A stretch of 32,814 bases of DNA from Bacteroidota bacterium (GCA_037975865.1 JBANFU010000127.1:1-32814); one strand, 5' to 3'; counted from the first letter of the stretch, positions 1-9,900 are shown. The notes: generated from the sequence alone by a model not told the origin. Translations and numbers: made by a program.

Positions 1-1
1 T

Positions 2-2077
2 CAATACGGAGCAGGCCTCGGCGTGGATGAGTTCGTGATGGGAATGGCACACCGCGGTCGTTTGAACGTGCTCGCCAACATTTTCAACAAAACTTACAGC
101 CAAATTTTTGGCGAATTCGAAGGCAAAGTCTTCCAAAATGAAACCGAAGAAGGCTTCGAAGATTTTGAAGGCGACGTAAAATACCACCTCGGTTATAGCA
201 CCGATATCGATACCGCCAGTGGCAAAAAAGTACACATGCGCTTGGCCGACAACCCCTCTCACCTCGAAGCGGTAAACCCCGTGGTGAAAGGCCTCGTTCG
301 CGCCAAATTGGATTCAAAATACCAAGGCGATGTCACCAAAATCTGTCCGATCTTGATCCATGGCGATGCGGCGATTGCAGGTCAAGGCATCATGTACGAA
401 GTGGTGCAGATGAGCGGTTTGGAAGCCTATTATGTGGGCGGTACCATCCACGTGGTTACCAACAACCAAATTGGTTTCACCACCAACTACCTGGACGCAA
501 GAACTTCTACCTATTGTACCGATGTGGCCAAAGTAACCCTTTGCCCCGTGTTGCACGTAAATGCAGACGATGTAGAAGCCGTGGTACATGCCGTGAAATT
601 GGCCATGGCCTATCGCCTCGAGTTTAACCAAGATATTTTCATTGATTTGTTGGGTTACCGCAAATACGGTCACAACGAAGGTGATGAGCCCCGTTTTACC
701 CAGCCATTGATGTATAAGCTGATCGATAAACACCCCAACCCCAGAGAGATTTACAAGCAAAAACTCATGGAACGCGGCGATATCGATGCGGCGTTGGCCC
801 AAGAGATGGAAGCCGATTTCCGCGCCCAGCTGCAAGCCAAATTTGAAGAAGCCAAAGGCGATTTCAAACCCAAAACCTCCGATGTAAAAAATACCTGGGA
901 AGGGTACCACCACGCCAAACCCAAAGATTTCCAAAACCCAGTAAAAACAGGTGTTGACGTAAAAACCCTGCAAACATTGGGCAAAAAATTGGCACACATT
1001 CCCGAAGACAACTTGCCCATCAAAAAAGTACAAAACCTGTTCGCCGATCGCGCAAAAATGGTTGAGAACGGCACCTTCGATTGGGCCATGGGCGAATTGT
1101 TGGCCTATGCCACCCTGTTGTCCGAAGGTCACCCCGTGCGTTTGGTGGGTCAGGATGTGGAGCGTGGAACGTTTTCGCACCGACATGCGGTCATCAAAAA
1201 GGAAGACAGCGAGCAAGAGTATGCGCCGTTGAACAACCTCACAGAGAGTCAGGCCAAATTGAGCATTTTTAACTCTTTGTTGAGCGAATACGCGGCCTTG
1301 GGTTACGAATACGGATACAGCACCAGCACCCCCAACGGATTAACCATTTGGGAGGCCCAGTTCGGCGATTTCTCGAACGGTGCGCAAATCATCATCGATC
1401 AATTCATCGCCAGTGCCGAAGCCAAATGGGGCAAATTTAGCGGCTTGGTGATGTTGTTGCCGCACGGACAAGAAGGCCAAGGCCCTGAGCATTCCAGTGC
1501 GCGTTTGGAGCGCTACCTGCAGTTGTGCGCCGGTTCCAACATGCAAGTGTTGAACTGCTCTACCCCGGGTAGTTTGTTCCATGCGATGCGCCGTCAATTG
1601 AAGCGTGACTTCCAAGTTCCGATGGTGATCATGAGTCCCAAGAGCTTGTTGCGTCACCCCAAGTGCGTAAGCACGATGAAAGACCTCAGCGAGGGCGAAT
1701 TCCAAGAGGTAATCAACGACACCCAAGTGGCGAAAAAGGTGCGCAGAGTGGTTTTCTGCACCGGCAAAATCTACTACGATATTTTGGCTGGCAAGGAAGC
1801 GGGCAACCACAGCGATGTGGCGGTTGTGCGCATCGAACAGTTGTATCCATTGCCAGAGTGGAAGTTGGCTGAGATTTTCGAGCAGTACAAAGGCGCCGAA
1901 TTCTGCTGGGCACAAGAGGAACCCAAAAACCAGGGTACTTGGTTGCATTTGGCTCGCTACGATTTCCCATCGGCTTTGCGATACATCGGCAGAAAGAGCA
2001 GTGCATCACCCGCTACGGGCTACAAGAAAATCTACGACAAAGAACAAGCCGAGATTGTTGCGGCGTGTTTTAAATAG
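2..2077 (+). CDS. sucA: 2-oxoglutarate dehydrogenase E1 component (5' end outside the window)
   Basis: The frame is open from position 2. Motifs: GMAHRGRLNVL, GDVKYHLG, NPSHLE, TPP-binding HGDAAIAGQG...NNQIGFTT, GHNEGDEP, RGTFSHRH, WEAQFGDF, GPEHSSARLER. Confidence 0.97.
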   Translation, partial: QYGAGLGVDEFVMGMAHRGRLNVLANIFNKTYSQIFGEFEGKVFQNETEEGFEDFEGDVKYHLGYSTDIDTASGKKVHMRLADNPSHLEAVNPVVKGLVRAKLDSKYQGDVTKICPILIHGDAAIAGQGIMYEVVQMSGLEAYYVGGTIHVVTNNQIGFTTNYLDARTSTYCTDVAKVTLCPVLHVNADDVEAVVHAVKLAMAYRLEFNQDIFIDLLGYRKYGHNEGDEPRFTQPLMYKLIDKHPNPREIYKQKLMERGDIDAALAQEMEADFRAQLQAKFEEAKGDFKPKTSDVKNTWEGYHHAKPKDFQNPVKTGVDVKTLQTLGKKLAHIPEDNLPIKKVQNLFADRAKMVENGTFDWAMGELLAYATLLSEGHPVRLVGQDVERGTFSHRHAVIKKEDSEQEYAPLNNLTESQAKLSIFNSLLSEYAALGYEYGYSTSTPNGLTIWEAQFGDFSNGAQIIIDQFIASAEAKWGKFSGLVMLLPHGQEGQGPEHSSARLERYLQLCAGSNMQVLNCSTPGSLFHAMRRQLKRDFQVPMVIMSPKSLLRHPKCVSTMKDLSEGEFQEVINDTQVAKKVRRVVFCTGKIYYDILAGKEAGNHSDVAVVRIEQLYPLPEWKLAEIFEQYKGAEFCWAQEEPKNQGTWLHLARYDFPSALRYIGRKSSASPATGYKKIYDKEQAEIVAACFK

Positions 2078-2173
2078 CAATCGTATGAACCAGTAGGCAC
2101 CCTACTAATCGTCTTCAACTACAACGACGGTCATCGCCCCAAGCTCACCAAGAATATTTATCTGAAGCGATAA
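2078..2173 (+). pseudogene. Possible remnant of a T9SS type-B (gliding-motility-associated, CHU_C-like) C-terminal domain
   Basis: Start-less reading frame QSYEPVGTLLIVFNYNDGHRPKLTKNIYLKR*. It resembles the end of type-B CTDs (PxGTY...NDG...xYLxR*). Recognised by eye only. Confidence 0.45.
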
Positions 2174-2232
2174 ACCTTGGGTTTTTCGGCACCTTCATGA
2201 ACAATTGTACAACTTTCATCGTTTAGAATATC

Positions 2233-3353
2233 GTGATCACATCATCAGGAAAGAGCGGTTTTTACTTCAAAGAATTTGAACCCAAAGCCATTTCACCTTT
2301 TGACAAACTGTTCGATATTTTCAAAGAACTCATCGTGCATACCTCGGGCGACTTCGACGAAGCCATAGACTGGTTGCGGGAGCTCGATAAAGAATATGTA
2401 CTCACCGATGAGCACTACACCATCGATGATTTTATTGAAGACCTCAAAGCAAAAGGGTATATCAAAGACGATGTTGACCCCAATGGCGAAAAAGGCACCG
2501 CTCTAACGGCTAAAATCGAAAGGGCCATTAGGCAGTCGGCCCTGGACCAAATTTTCGGAGATATCCGCAAAAATGGGAGCGGCAACCACAAAAGCAAGGC
2601 CACCGGACAAGGCGATGAGCTTACGGGTGAATTCCGACCTTATCAATTTGGCGATGGCATTGAAAAAATCTCCCTCACGAAAGCCTGAAAAATGCGCAAA
2701 TCAACAATGGTGCGCAAGCTTTCCAGCTCACCGAAGACGATTTGGTGGTAGAAGACACCCAATACAAATCCCAAATGAGTACAGTTTTGATGATCGACAT
2801 CAGCCATTCCATGATTCTATACGGTGAAGATCGCATTACCCCCGCCAAAAAAGTGGCCATGGCCCTGACCGAACTCATCACCACACGATACCCCAAAGAC
2901 ACCATCGACATACTTGTTTTTGGCAACGATGCCTGGCGAATCCCCATCAAAGACATTCCCTATTTAACAGTGGGACCGTTTCATACCAATACGGTGGCCG
3001 GACTGCAATTGGCGATGGACATCTTGCGGAGAAAGCGAAACACCAACAAGCAAATCTTCATGATCACCGATGGCAAACCCAGCTGCGTTCGTGAAAAAGA
3101 TGGGTCCTATTACAAAAACAGCAATGGTTTGGATGCCTACATCACCGAAAAGTGCTACACTCAAGCCGCCCAAGCCCGAAAACTCCACATTCCCATCACC
3201 ACGTTCATGATTGCCAGAGACCCCTACTTACAGCAGTTCGTGGACACCTTTACTGAGGCCAACCAAGGCAAAGCCTTCTACACCGGGCTGAAAGGACTGG
3301 GAGAAATGATCTTCCAAGATTACGAATCAAACAGAAAAAAAAGACTGAAATAA
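2233..3353 (+). pseudogene. vWA-domain protein split by a 1-bp frameshift near 2677-2679 (pseudogene or sequencing error)
   Basis: ORF 2233-2688 ends ...EKISLTKA*. The -1 frame continues ESLKNAQINNGAQAFQLTEDDLVVEDTQYK directly into ORF 2742-3353, which has the MIDAS motif DISHS...TNT...ITDG. Adding one base at ctc-ac-gaa gives a continuous protein of about 373 aa. Confidence 0.85.
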
Positions 3354-3354
3354 C

Positions 3355-4785
3355 ATGATAACAAATTTAGGTGAACTCAAATCCTCAGGATACCAAAGTC
3401 AGTCTATAAAAGATGAACTTCGCAACAACCTCATTCAATACCTAGAAGCCGGAACCACCGTATTTGAAGGCGTTCATGGCTTTGAAAATTCTGTGATTCC
3501 TGAATTGGAAAGAGCCATCCTATCCCGACATAACATCAATTTATTGGGATTGAGAGGACAGGCAAAAACCCGCCTCGCGCGGATGATGGTTCAACTCCTC
3601 GATGAATATATTCCCGTGGTTGCTGGTTCCGAAATTAACGACGACCCCCTCGCGCCATTATCGCGCTATGCCATTGATTTGATTGCCGAAAAAGGCGATG
3701 ATACCCCCATCACATGGCTGCACCGCTCAAACCGATTTTCAGAAAAATTGGCCACCCCAGATGTAACCATCGCCGATCTCATTGGCGATATTGACCCCAT
3801 CAAAGCCGCCCATCTCAAACTCTCTTACGCTGATGACCGCGTGATTCACTTTGGAATGATTCCACGGGCCAACCGATGCATTTTTGTGATCAATGAAATC
3901 CCTGATTTACAAGCGCGAAACCAAGTGGCCTTGTTCAACATACTTCAAGAAGGCGATGTGCAAATCAGGGGCTTTAAAATTCGTTTACCCCTAGATGTTC
4001 AGTTTGTATTCACGGCCAATCCGGAAGATTACACCAACCGCGGCAGCATCGTTACCCCACTGAAAGATCGAATCGGTTCACAAATATTGACCCACTACCC
4101 TGAAACCATCGCCATTGCCCGAAAAATATCCGCCCAAGAAGCACGCATCAACGCAGCGCAATCAAGCCGGGTATATGTGCCCGATTTGGCCTATGACCTG
4201 ATAGAACAAATCGTTTTTGAAGCACGGAAAAGCGATTATATCGACCAAAAAAGTGGCGTCAGTGCCCGCATGAGCATTTCTATGTTGGAGAACCTCATCA
4301 GCACCGCCGAACGTCGTGCCCTCATTAACAAAGAGACGAAAACCACCCTCCGTGTATCCGATTTCATGGGCACAATCCCAGCCATCACCGGCAAAGTGGA
4401 ATTGGTCTATGAAGGTGAACAAGAGGGCGCTGCCTTCGTGGCCGAAGAACTGATCGGTGCTGCCATCAAAGAAGCGTTTTCCACCCGATTCCCCAAAATC
4501 GAAAAGCTTTCCAAACAATCCGAAATCGGTCCGTATACCAGCATCATGGAAACTGTTTTCGCCGAAGGGGGCGTAGTTCTGTATGATGAATCGGATTCAA
4601 CCGAATACGCCGAAACACTCAACAACATCGAGCCATTGGAATTTTTATTAAACCGCTATCAGCCCGATTTTCCCCAGACCGACAAACTATTCCTCAAAGA
4701 ATTGGTCCTTTGGGCTTTGGTAGAATATCAAAAATTAGGCAAAGAAAGACTGAAAAACGGCTTTCAATTCGTCGATTTGTTTTAA
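3355..4785 (+). CDS. ChlI/MoxR-like AAA+ ATPase (Bacteroidota 'magnesium chelatase' family), partner of the vWA protein
   Basis: Walker A variant GLRGQAKT, Walker B variant FVINE, sensor-1 FTANPEDY, arginine-finger region LKDRIG, and GVSAR. Starts 1 bp after the vWA gene stop. Confidence 0.85.
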   Translation: MITNLGELKSSGYQSQSIKDELRNNLIQYLEAGTTVFEGVHGFENSVIPELERAILSRHNINLLGLRGQAKTRLARMMVQLLDEYIPVVAGSEINDDPLAPLSRYAIDLIAEKGDDTPITWLHRSNRFSEKLATPDVTIADLIGDIDPIKAAHLKLSYADDRVIHFGMIPRANRCIFVINEIPDLQARNQVALFNILQEGDVQIRGFKIRLPLDVQFVFTANPEDYTNRGSIVTPLKDRIGSQILTHYPETIAIARKISAQEARINAAQSSRVYVPDLAYDLIEQIVFEARKSDYIDQKSGVSARMSISMLENLISTAERRALINKETKTTLRVSDFMGTIPAITGKVELVYEGEQEGAAFVAEELIGAAIKEAFSTRFPKIEKLSKQSEIGPYTSIMETVFAEGGVVLYDESDSTEYAETLNNIEPLEFLLNRYQPDFPQTDKLFLKELVLWALVEYQKLGKERLKNGFQFVDLF

Positions 4786-6182
4786 TCCCGCAACTCCCAT
4801 AAACCCACATTCTCCACGTGATGGGTGTGTGGGAACATGTCCACAGGCTGAACCTTCACCAAACGATACGCCGCATCCAACAACGCGGCATCGCGGACCT
4901 GGGTCGCTGGATTGCAACTTACGTAAACAATGCGCTTGGGTCTGGCCTCCAGCAATCGATCTACCACACTCGGATGCATGCCATCGCGCGGAGGATCTGT
5001 GATTACCACATCGGGTCTTCCGTGCTCCGCAATGAACTCTGCCGTCAAAATATCCTTCATATCGCCGGCGTAAAATTTGCAGTTCTCCACCCCATTCAAC
5101 AACATGTTATCCTTGGCATCCTGGATCGCCTCTTCCACGTACTCAATCCCCACAACTTCCCTCGCCTGATCGGCCACAAACAACGCAATGCTGCCTGTTC
5201 CCGTATACAAATCATACACCAACTCATCGCCCGTTAACCCGGCAAAATCCTTGGTGATCTCATACAAATTCTCGGCCTGCAACGTATTCGTCTGAAAGAA
5301 GCTCTGCGGCCTCACCTTATACGTTCTGTTGCCCAATCGCTCCGTTAGATAAGGCTTGCCCGCAAACAACTGCACCTCCAAATCCTGCAAGGTATCGTTG
5401 CGCTTGGGATTGATTACATATACCAAACTTACAATTTTATCAAAGGTATCGGCGATGTACTGCATCAGGCCCGCATTCTCTGCGCGCTCTTCGTGAAACG
5501 ATACCAAAACCATCCACTCTCCATCGCGGTTGCACCGGAACATGATGTTGCGCATCTGTCCTTCCTGCTTAATCACGTTGAAAAAGTCTATTCCATTCGC
5601 CTCGCAATACCCCTTCACCCCGCGCTGAATCAAATTCACGTAATCGGGCATCAAATGACATGCCTCAATGTCCAATACCTTGTCGAATTTTCCCGGCATA
5701 TGAAACCCCAACGCCGTTGGAAATGGCTCGCCCTCGGCAGGCATTACTGTCACCCAACTGCGATCGGCAAACGTCAGTTCCAGCTTGTTGCGATACCCGT
5801 AAACCTGTCCACTACCCAAAATCGGCATCACCTCAAACCCCTCCACCTTGCCAATTCGCTCCATCGCATCCACCACCTGTTGCTGCTTGAATGCCAACTG
5901 ATCCGCATAGCCCAAATGCTGCCATTTACAGCCGCCACACGTGCCAAAATACGGACACGTAGGATCCACCCGCAACGATGATTTTTCGTGGAACTTGATG
6001 ATTTTGCCTTCCATGAAGTTCTTTTTTTTCTTCACGATCTGCACGTCCACCACATCGCCCGGCGCAGCATACTTCACAAAAATTACCTGTCCGTCGTGAC
6101 GGGCAATACAATGACCTTCGGCCGCAGCCGCTTCAATGGTCAGTTTCTCGAACAATCGAAACTCTTTTACTTTTCTAGCCAT
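4782..6182 (-). CDS. rlmD: 23S rRNA (uracil1939-C5)-methyltransferase
   Basis: N-terminal TRAM domain, 4Fe-4S motif CPYFGTCGGC, SFFQTN, SAM-binding DLYTGTGSI, DPPRDG, YVSCNPATQ, DMFPHTHHVE. Confidence 0.95.
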   Translation of the reverse strand: MARKVKEFRLFEKLTIEAAAAEGHCIARHDGQVIFVKYAAPGDVVDVQIVKKKKNFMEGKIIKFHEKSSLRVDPTCPYFGTCGGCKWQHLGYADQLAFKQQQVVDAMERIGKVEGFEVMPILGSGQVYGYRNKLELTFADRSWVTVMPAEGEPFPTALGFHMPGKFDKVLDIEACHLMPDYVNLIQRGVKGYCEANGIDFFNVIKQEGQMRNIMFRCNRDGEWMVLVSFHEERAENAGLMQYIADTFDKIVSLVYVINPKRNDTLQDLEVQLFAGKPYLTERLGNRTYKVRPQSFFQTNTLQAENLYEITKDFAGLTGDELVYDLYTGTGSIALFVADQAREVVGIEYVEEAIQDAKDNMLLNGVENCKFYAGDMKDILTAEFIAEHGRPDVVITDPPRDGMHPSVVDRLLEARPKRIVYVSCNPATQVRDAALLDAAYRLVKVQPVDMFPHTHHVENVGLWELRD

Positions 6183-6188
6183 ATAGGA

Positions 6189-6812
6189 TTAATGTCGCTT
6201 CTTCACCTCCGCCAACAACTTCAAAAATTGATCCGGGGGCAAATACCCTGCCTGGGAAGCCCGCTCATCGTTTTTGGCTGGATGAAACACAAAATAACTG
6301 GTGGGATATCCCCCGGGCTGACCGTTGGACAACCAATACAAGAGCTCGTTGCTCTTCAAATTATACTTTCCAAAACTGTGTGTCATCTCCACTTCTGGAT
6401 TGAATTTCACACAGACAAAATCTTGGTTCAACGCAGCAATCACATCGGCATTGGTATAGGTTTCCCGATCCATCACTTTGCACCAACCACACCAATCGGT
6501 GTAAGCATCCACCAACAAAATCTTGTCTTCCGCCTTGGCTTTGTTATACCCTTCGGCATATTCATACCATTGCAGCTTGTTGGAAACCGCTTTCTTCGTC
6601 GCAACCGCACTGTCGCCTGCGGGGGTTTCTGCACTTTGCGATGTTTGCGTTGCATCCACCGATGACGCTTCAGCACCCGTTTCAGCGGCACTCGCACTTT
6701 CAGTCGCTGCACCACCCTCCGATGTTGCGTTACAACCACTTTGGGCACCACCAACAATCAATGATGCCGTCATGAGCCCAAAGGCAAACAAGATGTTTGA
6801 TATTTTTTTCAT
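6189..6812 (-). CDS. Exported thioredoxin-fold protein (SoxW/DUF255-like) with an Ala/Ser/Thr-rich linker
   Basis: N-terminal signal peptide, low-complexity linker, then DAYTDWCGWCKVMD (CxxC) and the cis-Pro loop GYPT. Confidence 0.85.
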   Translation of the reverse strand: MKKISNILFAFGLMTASLIVGGAQSGCNATSEGGAATESASAAETGAEASSVDATQTSQSAETPAGDSAVATKKAVSNKLQWYEYAEGYNKAKAEDKILLVDAYTDWCGWCKVMDRETYTNADVIAALNQDFVCVKFNPEVEMTHSFGKYNLKSNELLYWLSNGQPGGYPTSYFVFHPAKNDERASQAGYLPPDQFLKLLAEVKKRH

Positions 6813-7666
6813 GATACTACTTTCGTTTTAAAACTGATGTCCAGCGACATCACACTGTGGGTAAGCGATCCCAAAGAAATGAAATCAACCCCTGTTTCTG
6901 CGTAGGACCGCAAATTGCCCAAATGAATACCCCCTGAGGCCTCGGTTTCACACCGTCCCGCGATTTCTTTCACCGCCACCACACACTGCTCCGGTGTAAA
7001 ATTATCGAGCATCACACGCTGAACACCGCCCAAAGCCATCACCTCCCTCACTTCGTCCATGTTTCGGGTTTCCACTTCGATGCCCAACGAGAGTCCCTGA
7101 GCTTTCAAATAGGTGTGCGTGCGATTCACCGCCGCCGTTATGCCTCCCGCCGAATCGTTGTGGTTGTCTTTCAACATCACCATATCGTAGAGTCCAATGC
7201 GATGATTCTTCGCGCCGCCCATCGTCACCGCCCACTTCTCCAAAGCCCTGAGACCTGGCGTGGTTTTGCGTGTATCCAAAATCGTCGTGCCCGTGCCCTC
7301 CACCAACTTCACCGCCTGATAAGCCTGGGTGGCCACACCCGATAAGCGCTGCATGAAGTTCAACATCAACCGCTCACCGGCCAATAACGCATGTACCCGG
7401 CCTTTCACCGCAGCAAGCTGGGTTCCGGCCGACAAATAATCGCCATCTTGTGCCATTGCCTCCCAAGAGATTTCGGGATCCAGCCGACGTAAAATCACTT
7501 GGCCCAACGCCAACCCGGCAACCACACCCTCCTGCTTGAGTAACAGGCGCGACTCACCCATCGTACCCTCCGGAATCGATGCCAAACTGCTGTGATCGCC
7601 CCCGCCAATGTCCTCAGCCAGACAGCGATCAATCAAATCCAATATCTCGGCGCTCTCGAAATTCAT
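6809..7666 (-). CDS. nadC: Nicotinate-nucleotide pyrophosphorylase (quinolinate phosphoribosyltransferase)
   Basis: Motifs EDIGGGD, ERLMLN, DTRKTTPG, HRIGLYD, LKDNH, EVE, MLDN, EASGG. Start reassigned to the ATG at 7666 (TGATG overlap with the upstream stop). Confidence 0.96.
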   Translation of the reverse strand: MNFESAEILDLIDRCLAEDIGGGDHSSLASIPEGTMGESRLLLKQEGVVAGLALGQVILRRLDPEISWEAMAQDGDYLSAGTQLAAVKGRVHALLAGERLMLNFMQRLSGVATQAYQAVKLVEGTGTTILDTRKTTPGLRALEKWAVTMGGAKNHRIGLYDMVMLKDNHNDSAGGITAAVNRTHTYLKAQGLSLGIEVETRNMDEVREVMALGGVQRVMLDNFTPEQCVVAVKEIAGRCETEASGGIHLGNLRSYAETGVDFISLGSLTHSVMSLDISFKTKVVS

Positions 7667-9885
7667 CAATTCACCATCACCGTTGTCACCGCCTGCTGCG
7701 TAGCGCCGTGAATCAACACCAAATACTGTCCGGCCGACCATCCCTTCACATCCAAGGACATGCTACCGCTTTGACTTTTGCCTTCAAATACGGTACGCTC
7801 GTAAAAGTCGACCACGGTCACTTTTACTTCGCTGCCCTTGAAATTTGAGAGATCAATGCGCATCACATCCGAACTGGGATTGGGGTAAATATTGGCAGTG
7901 ACCACCGACAAAGGCTTGCTTGCAATGGTGGGTCCGCCACAGGCTGTTCCACCACTCACGTATTTCATCGTGGAGAAATCGATAAAACAAGCCCATTCTG
8001 GATGATCCACAAACGGGTTACGGTTTTTCTGTACAGAGGCCACATACTCATGGCGAGCAATCTCCCATCCATTGGGAGGGAACTGTTTGCTCCAACGCTT
8101 CAACACGTTCTGGTCTTGGTTCATCCCCAAAAACTCATTGGCTGTGGGAATGGTAAACGGAGCCCCAGCACGGTTGTAAGTGGCGCAAATGTAAAAGTTG
8201 GAACGACTCAACGCACCCTTGGCGAAATCGCGGGGTTCGTAAGCAAATCCACCCGCAGAATCGGTACCAAATTTTCCACCGTAGAAGTTCATGGTCACGG
8301 TCTTCAAGTTGTTCATGGGATAGTTGCTACGCACGGCATTACCCTTGTTCTGATGCACCAAGTACAACAAATACAAATCGCTGTAATTGGCACTATCCTG
8401 ACTCGCCTCACCCATCCAAGAATAAGGATAAGAGTGTTCGCGACTCAAGTAATTGGGGTCGTTCACATCAAAGAAAAACGGCGGCGTAAACACATAGGGG
8501 TAGCCGGTGTAAAAGCAATTGATGACTTTTTTGCCGTCGGTGGTATCGCGGGCATCAAAATTTGAGGCCATGGTAGCGCCGAAGTTGCTATAATAAACCT
8601 GGAAATGGGGACGAACAATGCCACGCAATTTTGACACCAACAACGTATCGGCGGAGGTCAAAGAGCCGTAATAACTCCCTGGATTGAGTCCTGGCGTGGT
8701 GTATTCCAAGGTACTCGCTGAGGTGCTGAAGTAATTGACATAAGTGTCGTAACCGTTGTAGGCATAGGCTTTCACGTAGTATTTAGTGTCGCCCCAGATG
8801 TTATCAAAATTCACATTCGCCAGAGCTCCAGCATGCATGATACGGGCGCCACCAAGGTATTCACCGCGCTGGTAAGCCACCCCATCGGTAGGGGTTGCCG
8901 TGATGGGCGAAGTACTCAACATCACCAAATACCCATCGGCACTGGAAGCAGTTATTCCCAACACCGATTTCCAAGCCAAATTGCTCACCAAATTCAGGGC
9001 CCCTGGCGCAGATGTTGGCTCGGTGGCCAGACTGCCACGGATGGCATATACATTCACATTGAAGGGCAACTGCAAACTGTCGTTGCTCAAAATACCCAAG
9101 GTGGCTTTCAGAGATCCGCTGGTGACATTCTGATTCACATCAATGGTAAGCGTGGTGGATTCACCGGCTTTCACGGTAACAGGGAAAGACTGTGTGGTGG
9201 TAAAATCAGCGGCATTCGTGCCTGATTTTTGCAATCCAGACAAGGTAAGATCACCCACAGTGCTGTTGTTTTTGATGGTCAAATCAAACGAGTTGGCATT
9301 GCCAACACGGATTTCGTTGCCATTGATTAGGGTTTTTCCAGCATAATCTACTTTGATCTCTGGTTTTGCCCCGCCTTTGCCGGGACGTACTTCGATGTCG
9401 TCGATGGCCAAGTTATACCCCGATGTTTTCGATGTGAAAATCAAGCGAGCGTAGCGAGCGGTGCTTCCCACCTGGGCAAACAATGGCTTGGTTCCCATGG
9501 GCATATCCGTATCCACGAATTTCTTCACGGAAGTCCAAGTGCTGCCGTCAGCACTCGCCTCCACATCAAAAGTTCCCTTCCAGGCCGTTACACCCGAAGC
9601 GCCCGTTCCCGAAGCGTAAAACCACAGCGTATCTGCCGTTCCTGTCCAATTGATTTTAATCCACTCCCCCGTAACATCCAACCGGATGGCCGCGGGTGTA
9701 CTCTTTACCAAATTGGCCGACGTATAAACGAAAGTACCTGAAGTACCTTGATTCAACGTAAAACCTGTTGGTGCTCCCGCAGGATCGTTACAATTCCAAA
9801 AGGCCGGCAATGTAGCCTGCGAAAATGCCATACCCACGCTGCTAACCAAGGCTAAGGCAAATCCATATAGTTTTTTCATGTTCAT
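7666..9885 (-). CDS. T9SS-secreted multidomain endonuclease I (EndA/Vvn-type His-Me nuclease)
   Basis: Signal peptide, then beta-rich N-terminal modules (jelly-roll-like, Ig-like, FN3-like). Catalytic region has SREHSYPYSW, NAVRSNYP, EPRDFAKG, QKNRNPFVDHPEW. Type-A CTD IYPNPSS...GQYLVLI at the C-terminus. Confidence 0.88.
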   Translation of the reverse strand: MNMKKLYGFALALVSSVGMAFSQATLPAFWNCNDPAGAPTGFTLNQGTSGTFVYTSANLVKSTPAAIRLDVTGEWIKINWTGTADTLWFYASGTGASGVTAWKGTFDVEASADGSTWTSVKKFVDTDMPMGTKPLFAQVGSTARYARLIFTSKTSGYNLAIDDIEVRPGKGGAKPEIKVDYAGKTLINGNEIRVGNANSFDLTIKNNSTVGDLTLSGLQKSGTNAADFTTTQSFPVTVKAGESTTLTIDVNQNVTSGSLKATLGILSNDSLQLPFNVNVYAIRGSLATEPTSAPGALNLVSNLAWKSVLGITASSADGYLVMLSTSPITATPTDGVAYQRGEYLGGARIMHAGALANVNFDNIWGDTKYYVKAYAYNGYDTYVNYFSTSASTLEYTTPGLNPGSYYGSLTSADTLLVSKLRGIVRPHFQVYYSNFGATMASNFDARDTTDGKKVINCFYTGYPYVFTPPFFFDVNDPNYLSREHSYPYSWMGEASQDSANYSDLYLLYLVHQNKGNAVRSNYPMNNLKTVTMNFYGGKFGTDSAGGFAYEPRDFAKGALSRSNFYICATYNRAGAPFTIPTANEFLGMNQDQNVLKRWSKQFPPNGWEIARHEYVASVQKNRNPFVDHPEWACFIDFSTMKYVSGGTACGGPTIASKPLSVVTANIYPNPSSDVMRIDLSNFKGSEVKVTVVDFYERTVFEGKSQSGSMSLDVKGWSAGQYLVLIHGATQQAVTTVMVN

Positions 9886-9900
9886 ATTTTCTGTTCGATA

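Noticed and set aside
314-1948. Long antisense ORFs opposite sucA, and similar ones opposite rlmD, the TBDRs, murQ and nusA
   Set aside because: They are shadow frames of well-supported genes and contain no recognisable motifs.
2075-2173. Stop-codon read-through of sucA (TAG followed by 31 in-frame sense codons)
   Set aside because: SucA already ends at its usual C-terminus, in-frame placement has a 1-in-3 chance, and the peptide looks more like an unrelated gene remnant. No recoding signal is evident.
7667-7741. N-terminal extensions in the ORF track for nadC, and likewise for the LTD gene, nucleotidase, reductase, thyA, murQ and GH3
   Set aside because: They overlap neighbouring genes or promoter boxes. 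Downstream ATGs give proper signal peptides, family-typical starts or coupled stop/start overlaps.
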